From Candidatus Omnitrophota bacterium (GTDB taxonomy: Bacteria > Omnitrophota > Gorgyraeia > Zapsychrales > Zapsychraceae), in NCBI GenBank assembly GCA_015233115.1, contig JADFYJ010000013.1:9670-73669 (forward strand): a stretch of DNA of 64,000 nt. Reading direction: 5' to 3'. This document shows positions 1 to 9,401 of the stretch, in pieces. Made by a program: the position numbers and the translations under genes. The notes beneath the pieces are model-generated. The model worked only from the letters and a program-made list of their open reading frames with translations. It was not told the origin of the DNA and searched no databases. Position 1 is the stretch's first letter; the number at the start of each line of letters is the position of its first letter.

Positions 1-1249
1 CAGGCTGAGGCATAGGATCATGATCCGGAATCCCCGCTTTCTCAAGTTTGGGATCAATCATATAAAAAATTTTTTCCCGTGAACAACTCGCGTGCTGCAT
101 ATCTAACAGCATCGAAGATTGGCATCCTCCTTTAATTCCTGAATAAACGGCACGGGCAAAAATAAATAAATCTAAAAAACTCAAAACACATCTAGGAGAA
201 TAACGTTCCGCAAACCTGCGGTGCGCCAAAGAAATCAATTCTTCCCGGGGAATGGTCCAGTCTAAAAAACCTTCCCTCAAATATTTTTTAAATAACGGAT
301 AAAAATCCAACCCATCCACTTTAAACACCCTGTGGAATTCTTTTAATTTTTCATATCCCGCAAAAACCTGTCCATATTTAAAATTACAAAACATGTGGAT
401 GATATCCCAGGGTGTTAAGAATATTTGCGCAATGCAAAACCGGGCATCGCCCTGTAATGTGCCCACAGAATCGGCAATAGTCCGGCGTGATTTTAATACC
501 CCCGCGGCTTGTTCAAACCACACTAACCAAAACGGGCTCAATGACCGCTTCATTAATTCGTCAGGGAGTGACTTGTAATACCGGTCCGACACTTGACCAT
601 TTTTGTCTTTACTAACACTGACCTCCCATAAACCAGATAAAACAACATTCCCGATTTTTTGCGGCGGCTTCAACAACTGCTTTAAATATAATGTTTCCAG
701 AATCATCGCTAATGCAAATTTGGCACGCTTAAGCAATACTATCAGACAAGATGGCCCCGAGGCTTTAACTTGCAGACAGCTTTCCTCAATAAAAAATTTT
801 TCTTTTAAAACTAATTCTATGGCCCCCGGACATCCAAACAATGATAACCGGGATGCTTCATCTTGAGACGCTAATTCCGCAATTGCTAAAACTTGAATGA
901 TCTGGTCAAAAACCGGCTGAGTTTCACAATCTTTTTCAGAAACTTTATGAAACCACCACACGCTCTCCCCGTATTTATTTTTTAAAGCTTCCCGGAAAGT
1001 TTTACCCGAAAGATTTTTTACGACACCGATTTGAGCGGTAATCTGTATATAAATTTGACGGGCGCGTTCTTTAAAATTCCGGCAAAATATCCGGCCGCGG
1101 ATTATTTCACATTGTGGATTCGCCTGAATAAAATCTTCTTCATCCTTGGGCCATAAAAAACTTAATACTTTGACCCCAGCCTCAGGAGGATGTTCAGGAA
1201 CATCCCAACATATCCAAATTTTAGAAGTATTTTCTAAAGACTGTCTCAC
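1..1249 (-). CDS. Surface-carbohydrate biosynthesis protein (TIGR04326/LIC13510-like putative transferase), 3' end outside window
   Basis: Absent from the ORF track. Manual translation of both ends gives the same frame, from a GTG at 1249 overlapping the upstream TGA (VRQSLENTSKIWICWD...SVWWFHKVSEKD...) to ...MQHASC...PMPQP at the edge. The central part was not fully checked. Confidence 0.65.
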   Translation of the reverse strand, partial: MRQSLENTSKIWICWDVPEHPPEAGVKVLSFLWPKDEEDFIQANPQCEIIRGRIFCRNFKERARQIYIQITAQIGVVKNLSGKTFREALKNKYGESVWWFHKVSEKDCETQPVFDQIIQVLAIAELASQDEASRLSLFGCPGAIELVLKEKFFIEESCLQVKASGPSCLIVLLKRAKFALAMILETLYLKQLLKPPQKIGNVVLSGLWEVSVSKDKNGQVSDRYYKSLPDELMKRSLSPFWLVWFEQAAGVLKSRRTIADSVGTLQGDARFCIAQIFLTPWDIIHMFCNFKYGQVFAGYEKLKEFHRVFKVDGLDFYPLFKKYLREGFLDWTIPREELISLAHRRFAERYSPRCVLSFLDLFIFARAVYSGIKGGCQSSMLLDMQHASCSREKIFYMIDPKLEKAGIPDHDPMPQP

Positions 1250-2124
1250 TTTTTCAAACTTTCTGAAATTTGTTGAAAACAACCTAATAATCCCTGCCCA
1301 ATATCCGTGTAGCAATTCGACGTAATTTTCTGACCAATTTTAGGAATATACGAATATGGCGTCATAGTGTAATGATCTGGATTGGTTCCTGGATGACAAT
1401 CAATGGTAATCTTCTGCCCCATCATTTCTTCAATGGTCGCGATCAGTTGTTTTAACTTAATAGGATGATGGCCAGTAATGATAAGATGTTTATTTTGGTA
1501 TTGTTGAGCCAAAATATCCACGCTCAATTGAGCCGCGTCTTTCACATGAACATATTCTCTGATCTCTTCTCCATCGCCAGCAATAGTCACTCTCTTTTTC
1601 TCTAGAGCCTGCTTAACATAACGATAAACACTGTTTGTTTCACTCGCCCGCGGACCATATAATGTTCCGTAACGCAAAATCGTGAAATCTATGCCATATT
1701 TCCGTTGAAATTCTTCAATGTATGTTTCAGCCGCTTGTTTGCTGCAGCGATAGAATCCGCCTTTTTCGCTGTAAACATAAATGGAGCTGGCAAAAATAAA
1801 CCGTTTCACCTTTTCTAAACGGCAGGCTTCCAAAATATTCAAAGTCCCTTCTACGTTCAAACGCAGTGTATCTATGGGACGCGTAAGCGAAGAGTCTAAA
1901 TCCGCCAACCCGGAAAAATTGTAAACCACATCCTTCCCTTTAATCGCGGTTAACACTTTTTCTGTGTCCAAGATATCAGCGACCTGCATTTTTTGTCCTG
2001 CATTGAGATAAGGCGAATGATGAACATCATAAATAGTCACCTCATGCCCCTGCTCCGTAAGACTATCCGCGACATGACTCCCCAAAAATCCTGAACCACC
2101 GAATACAATCACTTTTAACGGCAT
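1246..2124 (-). CDS. NAD-dependent epimerase/dehydratase (extended SDR)
   Basis: GGSGFLG, YRCSK and LRYGTLYGP motifs. Start moved to MPLKV at 2124, which follows an AGAGGAG RBS. Confidence 0.9.
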   Translation of the reverse strand: MPLKVIVFGGSGFLGSHVADSLTEQGHEVTIYDVHHSPYLNAGQKMQVADILDTEKVLTAIKGKDVVYNFSGLADLDSSLTRPIDTLRLNVEGTLNILEACRLEKVKRFIFASSIYVYSEKGGFYRCSKQAAETYIEEFQRKYGIDFTILRYGTLYGPRASETNSVYRYVKQALEKKRVTIAGDGEEIREYVHVKDAAQLSVDILAQQYQNKHLIITGHHPIKLKQLIATIEEMMGQKITIDCHPGTNPDHYTMTPYSYIPKIGQKITSNCYTDIGQGLLGCFQQISESLKK

Positions 2125-2142
2125 ATGTACTCCTCTTTTGAA

Positions 2143-2293
2143 AGTAACCGAGTAACCGAGTAACCGATTAACAAAGTAAAAACTAACCAAACCGCGTGCC
2201 CCATGCTAACTTCAAATATTTCTCGTAATCATTAAGTAACAAAGTAACCGAGTAACAGAGTAACAAAGTAAAAACTACGCAAACCGCGTGCCC
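2143..2293. repeat. Two 59-bp direct repeats, each built from AGTAAC(C/A)(G/A) octamers
   Basis: Copies at 2143-2201 and 2235-2293, both ending AGTAAAAACTA..CAAACCGCGTGCCC. Confidence 0.85.
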
Positions 2294-2301
2294 AAACACA
2301 A

Positions 2302-2388
2302 GGTTTGTGTTTAAACCGAATCACCGAGCGAGTTCAGCTCCGCTTAGGAGCTGCTGTTTGAGCGAATGATTTGGTTTAAATGCAAACC
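2302..2388 (+). repeat. Long imperfect inverted repeat / foldback element
   Basis: GGTTTGTGTTTAAACCGAATCA pairs with TGATTTGGTTTAAATGCAAACC. Inner hairpin CAGCTCC-GCTTA-GGAGCTG. Confidence 0.8.
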
Positions 2389-2406
2389 GCCCAACCGCGC
2401 GCTTTA

Positions 2407-3048
2407 CTATAACAACCGCAATTTACTTTCTAATGCTTCTAAATCGTTTATCATGTCGGATACCAGGGGTATGACATGCTGATTTTCCTTAGTTACCCGG
2501 AAAATAAATTTTACGCCTGTGGCTTGTGCCGCTTTTAAATCAGACTCCCCATCGCCAATAAAAACCACTTCATTCAAGCCATAATGAAAATCCGCCATGA
2601 TAGACCGGATGATTTTATCTTTAGTCGCCGGAGCGCCATGTATTCTTTCGAAATAATTGCTCAACCCTTTTTGCCGGACAATCAATTGCAATTCCGAATC
2701 CGGTGTTCCGGACGCGATAAAAAACTTATATTGGCTTTTATGTTGTTTTAAAAATTCTTCCGCGCCCTTGACGAGAGGAGCAGACACAACCTGCTCAAAC
2801 ACGATCTGCTCAAATTTTGACGAAAGTTCTTTTTCAATATCTGCCGTATAAGTTTCTTTCAAAATATGCTCATAAAAATAACGGAATTTCACAAAACGCG
2901 TGATGCCGGTGTTCTTCAGATGATGCGCGACACCTTGTTCAGCTAATTGAGACGGCCAAGCTGAAAATAACTGCCGAAATGCCGCAGTTTTAATATGCGC
3001 GGATTCGACAATGACGCCGTCAAAATCAAAAATCACTGCTTTGATCAT
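2407..3048 (-). CDS. HAD-family phosphatase
   Basis: DFDGV motif I and IGDGESD motif IV. Confidence 0.9.
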   Translation of the reverse strand: MIKAVIFDFDGVIVESAHIKTAAFRQLFSAWPSQLAEQGVAHHLKNTGITRFVKFRYFYEHILKETYTADIEKELSSKFEQIVFEQVVSAPLVKGAEEFLKQHKSQYKFFIASGTPDSELQLIVRQKGLSNYFERIHGAPATKDKIIRSIMADFHYGLNEVVFIGDGESDLKAAQATGVKFIFRVTKENQHVIPLVSDMINDLEALESKLRLL

Positions 3049-3962
3049 TTTTTACTTTCTAAAACATCTAATAAATTTTGAACAGATTCTATTTCCATAC
3101 GGATCCGGGCTTCCTGGGCATAGGATCCGATATGCGCAGTCAACACCACATTATTGAATTGGCACAATGGACCGGTATAAGGCTCTTGCTCAAACACATC
3201 CAGAGCCGCGCCTTTGATCTTTCCATCCTTCAAATATTCTATGAGCGCGTTTTCATCAACCACTCCGCCGCGGGACGTATTAACCAGCCAGCCTTTCGGT
3301 CCCAAAAGCTCCAGTTCATTTTTCGATATCAAGTGATCAGCTGAGTTGATATGTACCGTAATAATATCCGCCCAGCGCAACAGCTCTGGCATTTCCATTC
3401 TGGGGATATTTAGAAAATCACTTTGATGATACGTATCAAAATACGCCAGCTCACAGCCGAAAGCCTTTAATAATTCCGCCACTTTTTTTCCGATTCGGCC
3501 ATAACCAATGATCCCGACTTTTTTCTCAAATAACAAATGCCCCATTCGCTTATGCCATTGTCCGCCGCGCAGTTCCCTATCCATCATGCTGATCTTACGC
3601 ATCAAATCCAAAATTAAACCGACTGTCAATTCAGCCACAGCTAAGGTCGGCGCGTTAGGAGTGCTTTTTAATATCATGCCTTTTTGATTCATCGCGGGCT
3701 GATCCACATTATCAATTCCGGCGCCGCAGCGTGATATCACTTTTAAACCAGTTAATTGATGGATAACATCAGCAGTCAATTTTTCTGTCCCTGCCACCAA
3801 CCCAATAGAACCTGATACGAGCTTAATAATTTCATCAGCTTTCATGGTGCGGCCATGCGGATTCAACTGGTATTCATAACCAGCCTCTCTGAGTAATTTT
3901 AAAGGCTGATCACTGTATTCAGCGAATGAACTGGTAGAAATAAAAATTTTACCCTTAGCCAT
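3045..3962 (-). CDS. D-2-hydroxyacid dehydrogenase (phosphoglycerate dehydrogenase-like, no ACT domain)
   Basis: GYGRIG, NTSRGGVVDE, LDVFEQEP and HIGS motifs. Confidence 0.9.
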   Translation of the reverse strand: MAKGKIFISTSSFAEYSDQPLKLLREAGYEYQLNPHGRTMKADEIIKLVSGSIGLVAGTEKLTADVIHQLTGLKVISRCGAGIDNVDQPAMNQKGMILKSTPNAPTLAVAELTVGLILDLMRKISMMDRELRGGQWHKRMGHLLFEKKVGIIGYGRIGKKVAELLKAFGCELAYFDTYHQSDFLNIPRMEMPELLRWADIITVHINSADHLISKNELELLGPKGWLVNTSRGGVVDENALIEYLKDGKIKGAALDVFEQEPYTGPLCQFNNVVLTAHIGSYAQEARIRMEIESVQNLLDVLESKK

Positions 3963-3964
3963 AT

Positions 3965-4738
3965 TTATCCCTTCACATATTGTTTTGCTAATTTATCAGA
4001 ACGCATCAAGTCTTCCACCAAACGAAAATCTTCCGGTGTATCGACACTGTACGTTTCGTGCTGGGTCATCACCATTTTTACTTTATAACCGTGTTCTAAA
4101 ACGCGCAGCATATCCACGGATTCAACCTTTTCTAATTCGGTTGGTTCTAATTCATTAAACTTCAACAAAAAATCCCGCTGAAAAGGAATAATACAAATTT
4201 GTTTTAACATGCGGAAATTTTTTCCGCCTTTTTTCCAGGACGGAATCGCTTCACGGGAAAAGTACAAGGCAAAATCATTCCGGTCTACTACGACCTTAAC
4301 TTCATTGGGGTCTTCCTGTTCTTCACGCGAATCCATAAGCGACATCAAATTGGAAACTAAAATATTTTTATCATCAATTAAAGGTTTGACAGCTTCATCT
4401 ATCATGTTGGGGAACAACATCGGCTCATCGCCCTGCACCATGACAATCAAATCCGCTTTTCGGCCCCGCTCTTTTTCAATTTTTAATAGCGCTTCCGCGA
4501 CACGGTCTGAACATCTTTCATGGGTATCTTTGGTCATAACCGCTTTTCCGCCGATAGACTCAATATAATCTTTGATCACTTGATCACAGGTCGCGACATA
4601 AACCTCGCTTACTAACGTCGACATTTTGGTCCGGAAATACACATGGCCAATCATCGGCGTACCATTAATTTTAACCATAGGTTTGCCCGGAAAACGCGTA
4701 GATGCCATGCGTCCGGGAATAATTGCGATAATATCCAT
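3965..4738 (-). CDS. kdsB: 3-deoxy-manno-octulosonate cytidylyltransferase-like (CMP-ulosonate synthetase)
   Basis: IPGRMASTRFPGKP, VQGDEP, YFSRE.IP and SVDTPED motifs. Confidence 0.85.
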   Translation of the reverse strand: MDIIAIIPGRMASTRFPGKPMVKINGTPMIGHVYFRTKMSTLVSEVYVATCDQVIKDYIESIGGKAVMTKDTHERCSDRVAEALLKIEKERGRKADLIVMVQGDEPMLFPNMIDEAVKPLIDDKNILVSNLMSLMDSREEQEDPNEVKVVVDRNDFALYFSREAIPSWKKGGKNFRMLKQICIIPFQRDFLLKFNELEPTELEKVESVDMLRVLEHGYKVKMVMTQHETYSVDTPEDFRLVEDLMRSDKLAKQYVKG

Positions 4739-4749
4739 AAAAACTCCTC

Positions 4750-5574
4750 CTAAATTTTTCGTCTGAACAAATAATTAAAAACCTGTTTGTCCTGTCCCTG
4801 TCTAATCTTTTCGCCGTCTTGCTTATGAATCAACATTAATCCGCTGTCTTCAATTTTTTTAATTAATGCCTGATGCCCGGCTAAACTTTCATTGATTTCT
4901 ACTAAAAGAGATTTTAGCCTGGTATTTTTTAGTACTTGAGCCGCGCCTTGAATAATATCTTCCTCGATTCCATCCACATCAATTTTTATGTGGTCAGGTG
5001 TTAGCTGGTACCGGTTTACAAAATTATCTAAAGTCATAGAAATCATGCCTTGCTTATAAACCGGGCTAAACGTTTTCCCCTGCTCGTCTATTTGTTGATT
5101 AAATTGATTCAAAGCCGCGCCCGCTTCAAATGACGGCATATATAAATAGCCCAAGGTTTCTTCCCTGGCCAGCGCTATGTTTAAAGCGGTCACTGAATCT
5201 GCGCATTGATTAAGAAAAATATTCTTATTCAATAACGCGTAATTTTGCGATTCAGGCTCAAAAGCAATGACTTTTACACCCTGTTTAGCGGCGTAAATCG
5301 AATATAATCCTATATTGGCGCCGATATTAAAAAAAACTTCTCCGGGTTTCATTGAATCCAGCCATTCAATTGTCGCTGGTTCTTTGCTGAAATAAGTATC
5401 CATCCTCCACCTGGTTGTGCTATTCGGGCAGGAAAAAACAAACGTTTGCTGATTACGCGTAATTTTATATATCGGCTGTATTTCTTCCGCCACACTGCAG
5501 GATGTTACGCTGGCTTTGTCCAATCCCATAATATGGATCAGTGATTTAAGTATTGTTCTTTTCCAATGTTTCAT
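4750..5574 (-). CDS. FkbM-family methyltransferase
   Basis: IGANIGLYS, AFEPESQN and IKIDVDG.E motifs. Confidence 0.9.
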   Translation of the reverse strand: MKHWKRTILKSLIHIMGLDKASVTSCSVAEEIQPIYKITRNQQTFVFSCPNSTTRWRMDTYFSKEPATIEWLDSMKPGEVFFNIGANIGLYSIYAAKQGVKVIAFEPESQNYALLNKNIFLNQCADSVTALNIALAREETLGYLYMPSFEAGAALNQFNQQIDEQGKTFSPVYKQGMISMTLDNFVNRYQLTPDHIKIDVDGIEEDIIQGAAQVLKNTRLKSLLVEINESLAGHQALIKKIEDSGLMLIHKQDGEKIRQGQDKQVFNYLFRRKI

Positions 5575-5588
5575 AAACGTTTTCCTTA

Positions 5589-6353
5589 TTATTTTTTAAT
5601 CTGTTTCAATTGATCCGCAACCATAGTTGCCAAGAAATAAGAATCCAGACTAAAGCCCAGGAAAGTAAATCCCTGCTGTTGTTTTTGTTTTAACAAATTG
5701 ACATCTGGAGGAACTGAATGCGCCCCTGCGGTTTTATTTAATTTGCGGCACACTTCTAAATATCGTGCTTCTGCCTGCTTAACTTCGTCTCTATGAAATT
5801 CTCCGGGGAAGCCCATGGATGCGGAAAGATCATATGGACCAATAATACTGCCATCCACTCCCTCGACTGACAATATTTCTTCTAAATGCTTAACAGCATC
5901 CACATGCTCAATCTGCACAATGACCACAGCGTTATCTTTCAACCATTGTTTATAAGCCTCAAAATCCATGCCGAATTTCTGTGCACGCGCCAGCCCGACT
6001 CCACGTTTTCCCTTCATAGGATAATAAACTGATTCGACCGCCCGAATCGCGTCTGCTTTAGAATTCACCATAGGTACAATAACTCCATACGCACCAGCAT
6101 CCATAACCCGTTTGATAATCAAAGGGTCATTCGCGCCTACACGCACTAAAGGAATCGTACCGCAAAGCTCCGCGATGCGGATGAGTTCCTGAGCCTGGCC
6201 AAACGTAATCGCCGAATGTTCCATATCAACCGCCAGCCAGTCAAATCCGGATGAGGCCATGATTTCCATGGTATTTCCGTCAGATAAAGTAATCCAAGAA
6301 CCAATCGTCAATTGATTTTGCTTCAACTGCTCTTTTAATAAATTTTTTTTCAT
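5589..6353 (-). CDS. HpcH/HpaI class II pyruvate aldolase
   Basis: GFDW..VDMEH, DAGAYGVIVPMV, QIE and IGPYDLS motifs. Confidence 0.9.
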   Translation of the reverse strand: MKKNLLKEQLKQNQLTIGSWITLSDGNTMEIMASSGFDWLAVDMEHSAITFGQAQELIRIAELCGTIPLVRVGANDPLIIKRVMDAGAYGVIVPMVNSKADAIRAVESVYYPMKGKRGVGLARAQKFGMDFEAYKQWLKDNAVVIVQIEHVDAVKHLEEILSVEGVDGSIIGPYDLSASMGFPGEFHRDEVKQAEARYLEVCRKLNKTAGAHSVPPDVNLLKQKQQQGFTFLGFSLDSYFLATMVADQLKQIKK

Positions 6354-6356
6354 AGG

Positions 6357-7883
6357 TTATCCTTTTGAAATCAATAAATTTTTCATAGAATTTATTTTGT
6401 CATAAACCAATAAAACAATTTCCTGAAAACGCTGGTTAAATTTAAAACTTAATATCACCAAGATCAGTCCATAAATAAAAACAATCCCCAATTTTATGAC
6501 GAGCCATATCATGGACACGGTTGAATATTGATTTAAAAATAAAAATAACGCCGCGATTAAAATAAAAACCGAAAAATTCCTGATTAAATAATACCTGCTC
6601 CGGTGCAAATGTTGAGACAAATAATACGTGACTAAAAAAGTCAAAAAATTAGAAAGCATGGACGCGAAGGACGCGCCGATAAAATCAAAACGGGACACAA
6701 AGATGTAATTTAAAACAATACTGCAAAAAATACCGAAAAAAGTCACAAAAGAATAAAAAATAGTCCGGTTTTTGAATATAAATTTCAAATTAAGGATTCC
6801 GCTGAGCTCTTGGAATAAATATGTCGACATCATCATCGGAATAATAATAAAAACATTACCGTACTGGGCACTCGCGAACACCTTAACGAGTTCACGGGCA
6901 AACAACGAGACTGTAAAAACAACAAACACGGAAAACTGGAAAAACAAGGCGAAAATTTCCGTAAGATCTTTTTGAATATTTGCGTCTTTACCGTCAAGCC
7001 TTTTGGATATCTCCGGTTTGACTGTGGTGACCACTGGGCGGGAAAACATGGAAAATACATTGCTGAATTTATCACCCAAATCAAACAAACCCACGGATTT
7101 CGCGGATTGCATCCGTGATAAAAATATTTTTTCAAGATAGCCCTGCACCCAAGAGACAAAATTTAAGGGCAATAGCGGCAAAGAATATTTCATAGCCATG
7201 GAGAAAATTTTCATCCGCCGCCATGAAAATCCGATATTTTTTCTCAACAAAAATAAACCAAAACCCGCGCCCAATATCCGGGCCGCTAATTGCAAAACCA
7301 CCACATCCACCCAGGTAAATTTCCAAAAAACTAAACCAATTATTTGGAGCGGGACAATCAACAAAAATTCAAAGATCTCAGAGAATATAAGATATTTATT
7401 ATTTTGCAAAGATATAAACGCTTCCATAAAAAAAGCGAAAAAATTAGAAAAAAACGCGTAAATAACCGGCACCAGGTATAACCAAGGTTGCTGCGCTGAC
7501 GCGTCTTTAATAAAAAACAAAAAAAGCATTTTCGAAAAAGGAATACATACAGCCAAAACACTTAAGGACACTAGCAATTTTATGACAATGATAACTCCCA
7601 AATATTGACGGCACAACCGCGGGCACCGCCGATCATATTTCAAAATTAATCTGGATCCAAAATTACTTAATCCCAGATCAAAGAAACCCTGCAGCATAGC
7701 GGCTTGCACTAAAAATAAAGCAATGATGCCGTAGGCTTCCGGCTTAAGATATGCCGTCGTGACAGGCAATATCAATAAAGAAACCATCCGGACTGTCATC
7801 CGTCCAATAAAAAGCCATGAGACATTCTTAAAAAGAAATTTATGGCGTTGTCCCTGAGCAATACGATGTCTTGACATTCTCAT
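6357..7883 (-). CDS. wzx: Oligosaccharide flippase (Wzx/MOP family)
   Basis: 508 aa with many transmembrane segments, L.P.T.YL.PE.YG N-terminal motif, located in a glycan locus. Confidence 0.8.
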   Translation of the reverse strand: MRMSRHRIAQGQRHKFLFKNVSWLFIGRMTVRMVSLLILPVTTAYLKPEAYGIIALFLVQAAMLQGFFDLGLSNFGSRLILKYDRRCPRLCRQYLGVIIVIKLLVSLSVLAVCIPFSKMLFLFFIKDASAQQPWLYLVPVIYAFFSNFFAFFMEAFISLQNNKYLIFSEIFEFLLIVPLQIIGLVFWKFTWVDVVVLQLAARILGAGFGLFLLRKNIGFSWRRMKIFSMAMKYSLPLLPLNFVSWVQGYLEKIFLSRMQSAKSVGLFDLGDKFSNVFSMFSRPVVTTVKPEISKRLDGKDANIQKDLTEIFALFFQFSVFVVFTVSLFARELVKVFASAQYGNVFIIIPMMMSTYLFQELSGILNLKFIFKNRTIFYSFVTFFGIFCSIVLNYIFVSRFDFIGASFASMLSNFLTFLVTYYLSQHLHRSRYYLIRNFSVFILIAALFLFLNQYSTVSMIWLVIKLGIVFIYGLILVILSFKFNQRFQEIVLLVYDKINSMKNLLISKG

Positions 7884-7918
7884 CTATTCCGTAGGTTTTA
7901 AAAAGCGTTGTCCGATTC

Positions 7919-8707
7919 TTACCAACAAGACAATCCGCCATCTACCATCAACACTTGCCCGGTCATATACGAAGACAATTCCGAGCTTAAAAAATACACC
8001 GCGTTCGCAACTTCATCCGCCCGCGCCATTCTTTTCATGGGAATGCATTTTTTATATCTTTCAATAAATTGTTCCGGTTGATGATCAAAAACTCCGGCTG
8101 GGCATACCACATTGGCTCGAACATTGTAATCCGCCAAATACGTGGCTAAATACCGGGTCAAATTCACAATTCCGCCTTTAATCATGGAATACGCGGCCGG
8201 CATAGTCATTTCTGTGCCTTCGTAAACAGAAAAATTTGGGGCTAAGACTCCATACTGCGAACCCAAATTAACAATCACTCCCGCTTTTTGCTTCTTAAAA
8301 ACTTCCGCGATGGCCTGGCAACAAAAGAAATATCCATTCAAATGCTTTTCCATATTCCATTTCAATGAATCAGGTTGAATATCTTCAAACTTATTGCCCC
8401 AATCCTTTGACCGGGGATAAGCATTGTTCACCCAAATATCAATTTTCCCTTCTTGAGAACAAATTTGCTTGATGGCAGCATTAATCGACATTGGATCGGA
8501 AATATCAATGAGCTGAAAACTGACGGCAAGACCTTCCCCTTTGAGTTCCTTCAAAACACTTTCAGTCTTTTTTTCATCTATGTCCGCGATCACGACACGC
8601 GCGCCGCCTTGTGCTAAAACACGGACGATGGCTTGACCAATTAAACCAGAACCTCCGGTGACAACCGCAATCTTTCCATTTAACAAAAACGCGTTAGATA
8701 GGGCCAT
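7919..8707 (-). CDS. SDR oxidoreductase (PtmA/ElaC-like)
   Basis: TGGSGLIG, NNAYPR, YSMIKGG and VDGG motifs. Confidence 0.85.
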   Translation of the reverse strand: MALSNAFLLNGKIAVVTGGSGLIGQAIVRVLAQGGARVVIADIDEKKTESVLKELKGEGLAVSFQLIDISDPMSINAAIKQICSQEGKIDIWVNNAYPRSKDWGNKFEDIQPDSLKWNMEKHLNGYFFCCQAIAEVFKKQKAGVIVNLGSQYGVLAPNFSVYEGTEMTMPAAYSMIKGGIVNLTRYLATYLADYNVRANVVCPAGVFDHQPEQFIERYKKCIPMKRMARADEVANAVYFLSSELSSYMTGQVLMVDGGLSCW

Positions 8708-9401
8708 GGGACACTTTTTCCTTTAATAAAAGTTCGACAATTTTAAAATCCACTAAGGAATCAATATCAATACTCCGGTCCTGAGGCATTTCATATAATT
8801 TGACTTTTCCGGAGATAATCGACTTTTGGTTCAGCAAAACCTCGGTTTTCCAAACATAAATCGACGCGTTCATGGCGTAAACAATAGGCGCGCTTTGCCG
8901 TCCTAAAATCACGGATCCGGCGTTTTTACTGACCTCGGCAAACCCTGCCTCATTAATTTCCACCATATTAAAATAAGGATTTTTATTGGAACGATAACCG
9001 GTTATAACGGAATCGCAATTTCCTTTTTGGATTAAAGCGATACACCCGGCAATGTCTTCCAGCAGTCTCAATGGAGAAGTAGGGTCTAGATCAACCACAT
9101 ATTCCGGATTTAATTTCATTTCCTTGATAGCATATTGCACGGCGTGTTGAAGCGCTGGAAGCTTCCCTGCCGCGTCAGTGGCTAATTCCGCAGGCCGTAA
9201 AAACGGGACTTTGGCGCCAAAGGATTTTGCGGTCTCCGCAATTTCAACTGAATCTGTGGTCACGATCACCTCATTAATCAACGGGCATTGCAAGGCTTGT
9301 TCAATTGTATAACCGATCAATGGTTTGCCCATTAATGGTCGGATATTTTTTTGCGGGACACCTTTAGATCCGCCTCTAGCCGCGATGGTCGCGAGAATCA
9401 T
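8694..9401 (-). CDS. neuA: Acylneuraminate cytidylyltransferase (LegF/NeuA family)
   Basis: ARGGSKGVPQKN, PTSPLR and SIDIDS motifs. Confidence 0.9.
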   Translation of the reverse strand: MILATIAARGGSKGVPQKNIRPLMGKPLIGYTIEQALQCPLINEVIVTTDSVEIAETAKSFGAKVPFLRPAELATDAAGKLPALQHAVQYAIKEMKLNPEYVVDLDPTSPLRLLEDIAGCIALIQKGNCDSVITGYRSNKNPYFNMVEINEAGFAEVSKNAGSVILGRQSAPIVYAMNASIYVWKTEVLLNQKSIISGKVKLYEMPQDRSIDIDSLVDFKIVELLLKEKVSHGPI

